Shown: positions 26,972-41,465 of the stretch, piece by piece
How the letters are laid out: each line of letters begins with the position of its first letter
Numbering within the stretch: the first letter of the stretch is position 1
NCBI GenBank assembly: GCA_964016885.1
Contig: OZ024740.1
Location: 263,314,001-263,378,000, forward strand
Origin: Eledone cirrhosa
Taxonomy: Eukaryota
Length of the DNA stretch: 64,000 bases
Direction of reading: 5' to 3'
Made by a program: the position numbers and the translations under genes
The notes under the pieces: generated by a model
Databases searched by the model: none
What the model saw: the letters and a program-made list of their open reading frames with translations, nothing else
What the model was told of the DNA's origin: nothing

Positions 26972-26986
26972 TATATAATATATATA

Positions 26987-27030
<44 letters not shown>

Positions 27031-27256
27031 TACATATAAAATATATATATAATATATATATATATAATATATATATATATATATTATATATATATATATA
27101 TTATATATATATAATATATATATATATAATATATATATAATATATATATATATATTATATATATATATATATAATATATATATATATATAATATATATAT
27201 ATATAATATATATATATTTATAATATATATATATATATATAATATATATATAATAT

Positions 27257-27288
<32 letters not shown>

Positions 27289-27301
27289 ATATAATATATA
27301 T

Positions 27302-27341
<40 letters not shown>

Positions 27342-27497
27342 TATATAATATATATATAATATTTATATATAATATATATATAATATATATATATAATATA
27401 TATATATATATATAATATATATAGAATATACACATATATAATATATATATATATATATATATAATATATATATATATATGTATATAATATATATATC

Positions 27498-27575
<78 letters not shown>

Positions 27576-27643
27576 ATTATATATATATATTATTATATAT
27601 ATATATATATTCCAGGTTACCCTTGGCCACTGGTGTGTTTATG

Positions 27644-27675
<32 letters not shown>

Positions 27676-27830
27676 ATATATATTATATATATATATTATA
27701 TATATATATATTATATATATATATAATATATATATATAATATATATATATATAATATATATATATAATATATATATATATAATATATATATATAATATAT
27801 ATATATATATAATATATATATATATATATA
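26788..27830. repeat. ~1 kb interrupted (TA)n array
   Basis: Direct inspection. Confidence 0.95.
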
Positions 27831-28140
27831 CATAAACACACCAGTGGCCAAGGGTAACCTGGAAAGCAAGGGCATCCAGTCCAATCGCCAAGGCGGAAAG
27901 TGGGGCTGTGCAGTCTTACAACCCCCCCCCCCAAAAAAAAAATCCCTCTAAATGACCCTCCCTTGAAAGCCGCATGTAGTGTTATCTAGTGTGTGTGTGT
28001 GTGTGTGTATTATCTTTTTATGTGTCTACGATTTAGTAAGCAGCCAAAATTCGGCTAGCTTCAACCGACGCAAATTCTATAACGCATGCACGCACCCTTC
28101 GCCCCTGACACACACACACACACACACACACACATATCTA

Positions 28141-28176
<36 letters not shown>

Positions 28177-28937
28177 CCTCATCATGATCATCACCAACAA
28201 CAACAATACCAACAAGATGCTTCATAAAACATTCGCTAGAATACAGCCATAACAATAACAACAAACAACCAGCACCAGCTCAAGATAAACAAGTGTATCA
28301 ATATCAATAACAACAGCAGCATTAATACAATAACAGCAGTAGCAGCAGCAACAACAACAGCAACAGAAGCAGTAGTAGTGGTAGTAACAGTATCAGGCAC
28401 ACCAGTAACGTTGGCAGTAGACGTAATACTTAAGTGGTTCAGTCATTTTCACAACGAAGTCACTTGTGGAGATCAGCTTTTGCCGCTGGCTGTCTGTTTC
28501 AAAAACACACGTAATTCCTAGTGTCCATATACACACTTGTACACAAACACACTCATTCACTCTTATGCACACAAACATGCACACGCATACATAGACACTT
28601 ATCTATTTATAATACATATATATTATATAAGTATATATCTATATCTATATATATATATATATTATATATATATATTTATATATATATATATATGTGTGTG
28701 CATTTATATATATATGTCCTGTGTGGTGTGTGACTGAGTTTGTTTGCGTGTGGGAATATGTGTGTCCGTATGACATTTTGAATTTTCTATATTATTTATT
28801 GTATTTAGTACTATTATTATTAGCAGAATGGCGATAAAAATGATGGTTAAGGAAAATACGAAGTAACAATATGTAGGAAACAATTGTTACTGCGTTTTGT
28901 CATTATCATCATTTTCACACCACATTACATGTTTGCG

Positions 28938-28984
<47 letters not shown>

Positions 28985-29550
28985 TGCTATACTTTGAGGA
29001 GATCATGCTGCCCATAAAAACACATGCACCTGTTGCTTTTCTCTTCAATTTATTATACATTTCGAGTTGGTTGGATTAATAACCGAATGTTTGTTTATTT
29101 CTTTTCTCTCAAAGCTTTTTCGCACATATTCCGTGACATCCTCAGTGGAAAATTTGTTATTTTGTGAGTTTCTTTTTTTATGCCCTACTCTAACATGATT
29201 TTGTGAGCTGTGTACTTGGATTGCGCATGCGTTAAACCCGGATATGTGTGTGTTTTTATTTATAAGTTTGCTTACTAGTTACCAGTTGGTTACTTGTTCA
29301 ATCTGTGAGTGTCTGGTTTGTTTTATGAGTTTGTTCTTGTGTGTCTCTCTGTGTCTTTATCTTGTCCTCACTTGTGTTTTCTCTTTAGTTTTGGTTGGAG
29401 TTCGTTTATGTTTATCGCTTCTGTAATCTGTCGGAGCATTCTCTAGTGTGACTCCATGTTCAATTTTAGCGTGTTAGTAGAGTACTGACGAGTTCTTCCT
29501 ATCTTAGAGTCCTGTCAGTGTTCATTTATCCTTTCTCCTATGCTATGGGT
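28985..29550 (-). mobile_element. LTR-like dispersed repeat (family of 5026-5518)
   Basis: tgctatactttgaggagatcatgctgcccataaaaacac...cttcaatttattatac matches 5026 onward. Confidence 0.7.
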
Positions 29551-30407
29551 CGTCTCACCATGTAAGTTGTGTTTTGTCCAGAGTCCTTCAGAATCTGTAA
29601 GCTATTTCGCCGCTGGGGCTGGCTGTACGAGTATTATGTTGCAATATGCTAGGACTAAATCATTATATATGTGTTGAGTGCTTTTCACTTTCTTCATGCT
29701 CTTGAGTTGTTGTTTCTGCTGTGTTGATGATGTGGGGTTGCATAGCCTGGATGTAGTTTGCAGGCTGTCTACTGACATCCTGTAAGACTTGTCTGTTGGA
29801 AATCATACACTTTATCCGTTACGCGAGCGCTGTATGTGCTTACGCAAGCCATTTGCTGATTGATTTTTCAGCACGTTGCTGGGACTCCATTCTATTTTAT
29901 TTCTAACTATGTTGTTTCTAGAATCTGTCTAAGTTTAGTCCTAACTAATACATGGTGTCTGGTGTGTTAAAATCATTAGAATTATTTTGGAGATTAGTAA
30001 CTTCATAAAATTATATATTATCTTATCTCATCTCACTACCTTTTGTTTTGAGCTTAATAACTGATTTCATTATGGTGTATTAATTTTCTTAAACACCTCT
30101 CACACATATATCTCTTTGCCACATATGAAATAAATATTCTTTAAGTAAGTGTAAATGTTTAACATATATTAATTCAAATATATATACTTAGTAATAATAA
30201 TTAGATAATGTAATATAACACCGGTTCAACCCATAACATTACCCCTCTAACACCTCCACCATAATATCCTTAAATACGTAAATATTTATTATTTTGATAT
30301 TAGTATATATTTCTTACATATACTTAAATATTATTAATGATTTAATAATTAATATACTCGTTAAAACATTTCTGTAACCACTTAAATATTGATATAAATA
30401 TATATAT

Positions 30408-30481
<74 letters not shown>

Positions 30482-31418
30482 GTATAGAGATTGTTTTAGC
30501 ATATATATATATTCACACCGTGTAACTCGATGGTTCCTGGTATAACGTAGTAAATATCATTTAACAATAACGTTGTTAAACTCGATGGATCATCCTTACA
30601 AACTATGAATATTGCTTCGATTAAACTTTATAACTTCCAATAACCTTTAAGAATTTTAATACGACTGATATCCTATTAATTGACCAAAGACTTAATTAGG
30701 TAAGTGATATATGTTATATGATATATTGAATGATTTGTATTGATATTTCATTATCGTTTTGGATTTTAATTAAACTCAGATGACTCCTGTTTGGATTTTT
30801 CACTAACTATCATAATAGCAATTGTAAAATAAAATAATTAGCTGTCTGTGGTTTATACTATGGGAAGAAACAATTGTCAGTGATTAAATGTCTTGAACTT
30901 TTTAATTTTGTTCATAAGCACATTGGAATTATATATAGACATTGTAAATATTTATAGACAACGACGGGCAAAAATGCCTCGCATGACAGAGACCAGCGTC
31001 CAGTGGTCAAGAGAGAGACAGGCAGATGAAGAGAGAGAGAGAGTGAGAGAGAGAAGTTAATATATATTTTATGCTTGAGTATGTGTGTGTACGTGTGTGA
31101 GTTTCTCTCTCTGTGTTGTGTGTGTGTGTGTATTTATGTGCATATAGATATATTATATATGTGTGTCTGGAGTATCTCAGAGAAAGAAAGTTCAGATTGC
31201 GAAGGGTGTACAACCATCTTAACGACAAAATATACTCTGCTAAATATACAGTGTGAATATTTTTAAAGTGTACAAGAAAAGATAGTGTGCAAATGTCTAT
31301 ACATATATTTCTTTGTACGTAAAAGGTTAGATAAAAAGGTGAATATATAAACTAAAATAAATGTAACGAATTATTTATAATATATATATATACCCCCCTC
31401 CCGCACACGCACACACAC

Positions 31419-31478
<60 letters not shown>

Positions 31479-31522
31479 AATATATGTAATATATATATAT
31501 ATTATATATATATTTATATATA

Positions 31523-31556
<34 letters not shown>

Positions 31557-31867
31557 GCGAAGGAACGCATGCATTGTATTCAATACTATATTTGAATTTT
31601 CGTGGTTATTATTTAATTGTATTTGATCTTGCTATAAAATTTGAAATAATTTCTATTATGTTATTGTGTGTATTCAGGAGCAACAGCTGCGAAGTCCTGG
31701 GGACATGAGCGCTTTGAGTATTGCATTTTAGCATTCCAAATAAATAACGTTGATAAAAATTAAAGCTATTCACCTTGTAGCAGTGATAACAAATACCAAT
31801 GTAAATATATACTACATGTGTGTAAAAAGAGAACACGAAATGAAAAATATATAAAACTAAGGATAAG

Positions 31868-31905
<38 letters not shown>

Positions 31906-32307
31906 GTTTAAGAATAAAGAAAGGTTAAATAACAAATAGCTAATAGTTTCAAAAAGAATATATATATTTTACGCAATTACATATGAATATTTATCACGTT
32001 CATTCCCTAGAACTTATGTATGAATGCATATACATATATATTGCTGAGAAAATATATATTCACAAGAGCATTGAATATTACGAAGCACATACACAACCAG
32101 AAATATGCCAGCATGCAATCGCATACTCACACACACAAATGGCAAACACACATCTACACAACCAGTTTACATACTTATATGGTGACATGTATAGCAATAG
32201 ATACTTAGAAAGGTAGGTACGTAGATAGTGAGACTGATAGACATGTGGGAGATAGAGAGATCGGTGGATATGAGGGTAAATAGGCAGGACATATATTTAT
32301 ATATATG

Positions 32308-32356
<49 letters not shown>

Positions 32357-32369
<13 letters not shown>

Positions 32370-32465
32370 TTATTCCGGTTTGAATAGAGGTAACCACAGG
32401 AAGTAAGGTACTCAATACGTAGCAGAGTATAAATGTTTTAATATAAAACATATTCTACATTAATA
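32357..32465 (-). mobile_element. short TA-flanked Penelope-type terminus; related copy at 37882-37995
   Basis: Both copies share tataagtt..aaggtactcaatac..agcagagta..taatataaaa..ttctaca. Confidence 0.55.
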
Positions 32466-33208
<743 letters not shown>

Positions 33209-33297
33209 GGAGGTGAGTTTTATTGTAGTACAATAAAGCAATGCAGATATCGGACAAGTAGGCACTCTACAGTTTGTGGGACTGGAGTATAAATAAT

Positions 33298-33478
33298 TGT
33301 TTCTACTTTAGGCACAAGGCAGCAATTATCCAGTGCATTACTGGTACTTTATTTTACGACCCCGTAAGGATGAAAGGCAAAGTGAACCTCGGCGGGATTT
33401 GAACTCAGATCGTAAAGGGACGTAACTATGCTGGAAAGCATGGCGTCCGACTCTCCACTGATACTCCAATCCACCGCC
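33298..33478 (-). mobile_element. SINE, full length
   Basis: Family consensus; 18 bp TSD gactggagtataaataat at 33280-33297 and 33605-33622. Confidence 0.93.
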
Positions 33479-33772
33479 CTTGTATATATATATATACACA
33501 CACACACACGCGAAGGAACGCATGCATTGTATTCAATACTATATTTGAATTTTCGTGTTTTATTTAATTGTATTTGATCTTGCTATATAAATTTGAAATC
33601 CACCGACTGGAGTATAAATAATATAAGATAAAAAGATATAAATAATATAAGATAAAATAATATAAGATAAAATAATATAAGATAAAATAATATAAGATAA
33701 AAAGATATAAATAATATAAGATAAAAAGATATAAATAATATAAGATAAAAAGATGGTTAAAAGAGTTCCATG

Positions 33773-33843
33773 TATTTTATTATGCGCATTTCAAAAACAA
33801 ATATCATCATGAGATGACATTTGCGTTTTCGTCAGATAAAATA
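33773..33843 (-). ncRNA. minimal type I hammerhead ribozyme, core intact
   Basis: Minus strand: tattttat CTGACGA aaacgcaaatgtcat..atgatatttgttttt GAAA tgcgca TA ataaaata. Confidence 0.85.
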
Positions 33844-34560
33844 GGGAGACATGATATGAAGGTTAAAAAAACACTTGTGAATAGTGCAGGTTTGAATCAA
33901 CACATGAAAAGTAATTTAAGATTGATGTGTGATATTGGGAAAAAAAATGAGAGGGTGGGGGAAGGATGAAAAAGATGAGGAGATGAGAGTAAAGAATGGT
34001 GGGGGGAGGAGTATAATAAGGAAGGATGAGATAGGAGGAGAGATAGGTGATAGAGAGAGAGAGATAGCCTTTATAACTGAGAAAAATATACTGTTTCACA
34101 GAGAGAGGTTAAAAAGCCGTTGGAAGATAATATATAATTTAAAAGAATTTGAAAATTGATGAAGAGAAAAAAAATTAATGAAGAGAAAAAAATTAAGAAT
34201 AATGTTAAATTAAGGTTTGTATATTGAAGGGTTTAATACTATGTGCGATGAAAAGAAATTGTTAATATGTATTAAGAATAATATTAAATATATATAAACC
34301 ATAATTTAATATACAAACCTTAATTTAATATTTCTTTTCAGCGCACATATTATTAAACCCTTCAATATACCCATCTCTCCTCCTATCTCATCCTTCCTTA
34401 TTATACTCCTCCCCCACCATTCTTTACTCTCATCTCCTCCTCTTCCCCCCCCCCTCATTTTTTCCCCCAATATCACACATCAATCTTAAACTACTTTTCA
34501 TATGTTGATTTAAACCTGCACTATTCACAAGTGTTTTTTAACCTTCATATCATGTCTCCC

Positions 34561-34627
34561 TATTTTATCTGACGAAAACGCAAATGTCATTCATGATATT
34601 TGTTTTTGAAATGCGTATAATAAAATA
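34561..34627 (+). ncRNA. minimal type I hammerhead ribozyme, core intact
   Basis: tattttat CTGACGA [15 nt arms, one mismatch] GAAA tgcgta TA ataaaata. Confidence 0.85.
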
Positions 34628-34662
34628 CATGGAACTCTTTTAACCATCTTTTGATCTTATAT

Positions 34663-34772
<110 letters not shown>

Positions 34773-34832
34773 TATGTTTATATATATATATGTATATATA
34801 TATATGTATATATATATGTATGTATATATATG

Positions 34833-34864
<32 letters not shown>

Positions 34865-34904
34865 TAGAGTGAGAGAGCGAGAGAGAGAGCGAGAGAGGGA
34901 GAGA

Positions 34905-34990
<86 letters not shown>

Positions 34991-35111
34991 GAGGGGGGAT
35001 AGAGAGATAGAGATATATGTAGGAAGGTAATATTTGAAAATATAATGATTTGTAATGAATTAATAAACAGAATATTTCAGAAAATATAGTACATATTCAT
35101 TTGGAAATAAT

Positions 35112-35293
35112 TGTTTCTACTTTAGGCACAAGGCCAGCAATTACCCAGTGCATTACTGGTACTTTATTTTATCGACCCCGTAAGGATGAAAGGCAAAGTC
35201 AACCTCGGCGGGATTTGAACTCAGATCGTAAAGGGACGTAACTATGCTGGAAAGAATGGCGTCCGACCCTCTACCGATACTGCCAATCCACCG
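35112..35293 (-). mobile_element. SINE, full length, 20 bp TSD
   Basis: TSD catattcatttggaaataat at 35092-35111 and 35294-35313. Confidence 0.95.
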
Positions 35294-35337
35294 CATATTC
35301 ATTTGGAAATAATGCAAGATATCTTTATGCACATATA

Positions 35338-35660
35338 GGTGGTGAATTGGCAGAGACGTCATAACGTCTGATAGAATTCTTTGTGGTTTTCAATTCGGCT
35401 CTCTGTTCTCTGTGTTCAAATTCAGCCAAGTTCAACTTTCATACATTCACGGTCGCTAAAAAACTTACCAGGCTGGGGTTCGATTCTTCCTCTATATCTC
35501 TTTCTCACTTCTATTTTCTAACTCTCTGTATCCTTCTCTGGATGAACTCTGCAATCGGAACATCTGGAGAAAAGATTGGTTCCGCCAGGTTTCAAAATGC
35601 ACCAGGAACGCCGTATATCCCCAAGGCACCTCTACGAGGTCCAACAAGGCTTATTGGCCC
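35338..35660 (+). mobile_element. older SINE family with a different 3' body (also ~45755-46080 + and ~47570-47750 -)
   Basis: SINE head and core followed by ctggggtt.gattctt..tctatatctcttt.., shared by the three loci. Confidence 0.7.
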
Positions 35661-36101
35661 ATACATGCATTGATGTACACTTATCTCCGTTTAAAAGTCA
35701 ACAAACACCCTCACACAAATTGATCCACCCAAACACACACACATTTATGTAATAGAAAGTACCTATGTAGATCTCGACTATCAAATTTCCAGTTGTCCTA
35801 TTAAAGGAATAGTTGGGTCGTGAAATGAGCATGTTAGTGGCTGAGTATTCCATCCGAAGGTGTAGTCGTAACGTAATCCTTAGGGAGAATCATCTTCAAA
35901 TTGTGACAAAACTGATAATACAAATAGCGAGTACATTCCATCTGACGGACTTCCAAACCGCTATTGTTTACGTAAACTCAATCATAAGGCTAAGCCAGGC
36001 TATCGTAAGTAAGACATCATCAAAGTGCCAAATAGTGTGATCATAGCTGTCTACACACACACGTACGCACATATAACACGCGCACACACACACACAGACA
36101 C

Positions 36102-36201
<100 letters not shown>

Positions 36202-36373
36202 TGTATGTGTGTATGGGTGTGTGTGTGGGAATATGTGTATGTGTACTCATTGTCACATGCAAACAGATTTAATTTTAGATTATTAGAAATTAAAGCACAC
36301 TTTTTCCGTGTTAATGTGCATTGTTCCCGATTTTCTCAATGTATGGATGCAAACATATATATATATATATATA

Positions 36374-36411
<38 letters not shown>

Positions 36412-36496
36412 CGTATGTGTATGTATGGATTTATGTATGTATGTATTTATAAAAAAAATGTGGGTAAGCATCCATGTGTGTATATATATATATATA

Positions 36497-37363
36497 TAGC
36501 TTAAAATGGAGTGAGAATAAGAAGAGAGCAAGAACTGGGGGTCTCAGATATTTCCACGCTTTAAAGACAAGATATCTACCGCCCAGCGTGTTCAATTACT
36601 GGGTATGTTATTGGGAAAACGGAGGAGGGAGGCAAGGAAAATAGAAGGGAAAAGGGAAGAAAACAGAAAACAGCGAAAAAAAGGTGGAAATATCCGAGAC
36701 CACCAGTAGACAACTGATGAGAAAAACGCCTCCCCCTATCTTGTTTTCTTCTTATTCTCACTCCATTTTAAGCTACCTTACCTAGCAACTACACAGCCAA
36801 CCCTATTCTCTACATATGTTATTATGTTTCGCTGTGACCAGTTTTGTCTCTCCTACCTACCTATTTCGTTACCATCTACTCTTATCCCTCTTTCTTCCTC
36901 TCCTTTTCTCCCTCTCACTTTCACTCATCCTCTCTCTGCCAGCCACTTCATTGTTACTCTCGCCTGACCCTTTAACAGTCCTTTTCTCACTTACACTTGG
37001 ATGGGGCAGATGTGGCTTTTCTCTCGCCCACACGCTCTTGAACTTAAGTTCACTCATCGCTGTGGTCTTGGATTTTCTTACCTTAAGTTGCTCGCACATT
37101 CTCGGTTTGTTGATTCTTTTTCGCTATTTTCTCTTTTCTTCCCTTTTCCCTTCTATTTTCCTTGCCTCCCTCCTTCGTTTTCCCAATAACTTACCCAGTT
37201 ATTGAATGAACTGGGCGGTAGATATCTTGTCTTTAAAGCGTGAAAATATCCGAGACCCCCAGTAGACAACTGATGAGGAAAACTCGCCCCGTTCTTGCTT
37301 TCTTGTTATTCTCACTCCATTTTAAGCTATCTTACCTAGCAACTACACAACCAATCCTATTCT

Positions 37364-37367
<4 letters not shown>
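36497..37367. mobile_element. Penelope-like non-coding element: inverted 3' segment plus partial tandem terminus
   Basis: 36497-36682 is inverted relative to ~37115-37330; 36683-36812 is a direct repeat of 37238-37367; TA-flanked on both sides. Confidence 0.8.
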
Positions 37368-37461
<94 letters not shown>

Positions 37462-37691
37462 GATACATACTTTATTATTAATCTCCTCTGGTCGAGATAA
37501 CATTTTGGTCGTTTTAACTGCTGCTATTTCTAGTGACAGTAGATTGACCTTTCCGCCTCTGCCTTCTATATTTGCCCACGGCACTGGACAGAATTGCTTC
37601 TTTATCATTCACTCTCATCTCGGGAGCAATTTTGAATAGCGCCAGTTCGTGATTTGAACTCGGGAATTTTATATTCTCCGAGTGAAAGAAC

Positions 37692-37773
37692 CCTCTGACG
37701 AGAGTCTTCCTTTTCAGTGGTTTTCCGCATGGATTATCCATTTATTTTTGAGACTTGAAACCGTACGGTAAGG
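37692..37773 (+). ncRNA. type I hammerhead ribozyme, core intact
   Basis: cct CTGACGA gagtct..(~43 nt)..agactt GAAA ccgtacgg TA agg; helix III palindrome ACCGTACGGT. Confidence 0.75.
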
Positions 37774-37844
37774 ATAACTACAGCAGGTAAAATGAACTTT
37801 TTAAAATTTATTTTAAAACATTTTCTTATTTGCTAAACCTTGAT

Positions 37845-37884
<40 letters not shown>

Positions 37885-38027
37885 AGTTTATCCCGGGTTC
37901 AATCGAGGGTGACCACAGTTAATAAGGTACTCAATACAAAGCAGAGTAAAACTATTTAATATAAAAAAGCTTCTACAGGACTAGATCTTTTTCATTCGTG
38001 GGATAGATTTCTTACATATATACATAC

Positions 38028-38099
<72 letters not shown>

Positions 38100-38513
38100 A
38101 CGCATGTATGCATGTATATATGTGAGAAATCTATTTAGAAACATGTATAGAAAGAAAAGAGTAGGAAATATCATATATTATATTCTTCTGCAGTATTGAT
38201 ATTTAAGATTCGTGCATGTTCCGCTTAAATCAATGAACACATTTGTAAACATTCTTCAGTTTGTTGGGATTTCAATTCTGAATGCTGTCTGTATATTAAG
38301 TGTTACATACATGCACCCATACATGCAAACCTGCATATACACATATAGACAAAAATATTTTGACACCAGGTTATATTTATATGTGTGGGGGTGTGCGCAA
38401 TATTTAATTTTCTTTTATATGTCTATTGTTGATGCAGCATGATAACATGTTTATCTCAAAACAATATTTAAATTCCTCAAAGACCCTCACCCTCCATGAA
38501 CACATTGAGACAG

Positions 38514-38566
<53 letters not shown>

Positions 38567-38682
38567 CATATATATACAGTATATATATCTATATATCTAT
38601 ATACATACATATATATACAGTATATATGTATAATCCAGACCGTAGTAGCACAATATATATATATACATATATATATATAGAG

Positions 38683-38858
<176 letters not shown>

Positions 38859-38889
38859 TAAATGGAAAGTATATTTATAAAACCATATT

Positions 38890-38951
38890 TATTCTATTAT
38901 ATATATTTCAAGGGTACCAACAATTTTGGTACGCTTTCATCAGATAAAATA
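38890..38951 (-). ncRNA. minimal type I hammerhead ribozyme, core intact, in a Penelope-type terminus (~38855-39030)
   Basis: Minus strand: tattttat CTGATGA aagcgtacca aaattgt tggtaccctt GAAA tatata TA atagaata. Confidence 0.85.
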
Positions 38952-39043
38952 CAAAGTGTGTTTTATAAATTTTGACATAGCCAAGGAAACATACCTTATC
39001 AGTTGAATTTTCCTTGGATAGTCTATAGATAATCTATATATAT

Positions 39044-40090
39044 ATGTTTGACAGGCATCCACTGATGATTTATAAGTGCCCACCTGCATATATTCCTACG
39101 GACTATGTGTAGGCTTCTATATAACCTGGACACATTTTTCCCAACTTGTAGAAAACTTATAATGAAACAATTGTTTGGAAAGGGAGATGTATTTTAATTA
39201 TGTTTCATATAAAATAATACAACTGGCTATCCGCAAAATACATATAGTTAGCACCCCAAACGTAAAATTGGGATTATACTAAGGTATATCCTAATGTTTG
39301 TTGATTGAGATGGAAGCCAGTCAGAGAATAGCTTAAAGCTTTCTCTGTTAATGTATTAAATATTATACTCTTGATTTGGCCAGAGATGAATATTTCCAAA
39401 TACATTTTAAGTGTGACTTTCCGTATTTATTATTACTATGAAATATTGTTTGTTATTCTGGTATCATATCTCTGTTTTTAGCCTAAGAAAATACCTATAT
39501 GCGTGTATAAATAATACATGCATATATTTACTTTTTTAAAATCTAATTGAGTTATTCACACGCAAGGTTAAAATTATTGAAAAAATTAATTGACCCACGT
39601 GCATATTATTTTACTTTCTTATGTTTCGCGATGACCTCCCCTTTCCGCTTGATGGCAGTGTGAAATCTCTCATTCTCAGACTGCTGGAATTTCAATTTTG
39701 GCGGTCATTCTGTTACGGAGAGGGACCATAGCTGAACATTGGATTGGATATCGGTAAGAAAGTTTTTTTTTATATCGATGTTTGACAGGCATCCACTGAT
39801 GATTTATAAGTGCCCACCTGCATATATTCCTACGGACTATGTGTAGATTTCTACATAACCTGGACACATTTTTGCCAACTTTTAGAAAACTTATAATGAA
39901 ACAATTGTTTGGAAAGGGAGATGTATTTTAATTATGTCTCATATAAAATAATACAACTGGCTCTCCGCAAAATACATATAGTTAGCACCCCAAACGTAAA
40001 ATTGGGATTATACTAAGGTATATCCTAATGTTTGTTGAGTGAGATGGAAGCGAGTCAGAGTACAGCTTAAAGCTTTCTCTGTTAATGTAT

Positions 40091-40096
<6 letters not shown>
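39044..40096 (+). repeat. ~320 bp near-identical direct duplication (39044-39363 / 39778-40096)
   Basis: atgtttgacaggcatccactg...ctgttaatgtattaaatat occurs twice, 734 bp apart. Confidence 0.92.
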
Positions 40097-40175
<79 letters not shown>

Positions 40176-41465
40176 ATATACAGTACATATGTGTGTGTAT
40201 ATGTATATATACAGTATATATATGTGTGTCTCTGTGTGTCCATCTGCCTTCATAATTTTGAACAATAAAACAATTACGACATTCTTTAGAAGTTTATCAA
40301 TCAATTATTTATCGATTGTTTCAGAGGCAAAGTATACAAAATGTGTTATTGATACATTGAATATTCGATAACTGTTGTGCAACTCCATAGTATTAGTTTC
40401 GACAAAAAACAAAAACATCCATTCTGCCGTCCATCCGACTGTTTAGTGTTTGAATTCTCCAAGACAAGTATAGTTGTCTCAATATTAATCTTAGTTGATT
40501 GTCAGAGTTGCATTTTATCACCGCGAAAAACTTACTAACTTGTAATCAGGCTTAAACACACCTCGTCAGTTATATCCATCTAAGACTTTCTGTGATCATG
40601 TACGCAACTATAGGTTTATTAATAAATATGAAAACACTGTACTACATTTCTATTTTGTTAATTGTCCAAATTTTGATCAAAGTTTTGACCGATTATTGGA
40701 CATCGACCAACCTTTGTTCTATGGTCTGCTTATCAAAAACTTTGTAAAATACCACCCGATGATACGGATTGAACCTACTTTAAAAATACGGAACTATTTC
40801 CCGACGCCTAAGGAATGTACATAACGGTAGTATGTAAATATATACACGCGTCATCACAATTAACACATATACATACGAGGATGTAAGTATGTTACATTCT
40901 ATATACAACTATGCTTTCCAGTACGTGATTTTATTAACACTGGTGTATTCCTTATTTCTGTTCAATGTTTACTTTCGTGATATAGTAGTATATATATTTC
41001 TATAATATAAATTTAATATGATACGAGTTGAAATTTCTAGCTTAACACTCTTGAAAAATAAGAAGTGGAAAATATAGTTTTAAGCTACACCCTTTTACAG
41101 GAATATGTTGATACAGGTTGCCACCTGTGTTCGAAATGTTTACATGTTGTGACATATATACATATGTCTCTCTCTCTCTATCTCCCTCTCTCTTTCTCGC
41201 TATGTATATATTTATGTATAAATATACGTATACATATATATACGTATATATATATATACGTATATTTATATATATATATGTAGAAAATCTACCAAAATAT
41301 ATGGTAGTGTCCAATCCGTATGAAGAACTCAATGTATTCAAAATATCATGAAAAGAGAAGATGCATTAAAAAATTTTAGATGAAAATCCCAGGAAAACAG
41401 GATCAAAATAAATTTATAAAAACAATGAATAAAAACAAAGAACAAGTTCCTTATATTAAAAAATT

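Noticed and set aside
33611-33755. CRISPR-like short repeats
   Set aside because: No unique spacers and a eukaryotic context; these are tandem copies of an element terminus.
37718-37767. Exon-like segment (ttttcAG..CG|GTaagg)
   Set aside because: Better explained as helix II/III of the hammerhead at 37692-37773.
39062-39080. CTGATGA in the 320 bp duplication (also ~39796)
   Set aside because: No downstream GAAA with compatible helices.
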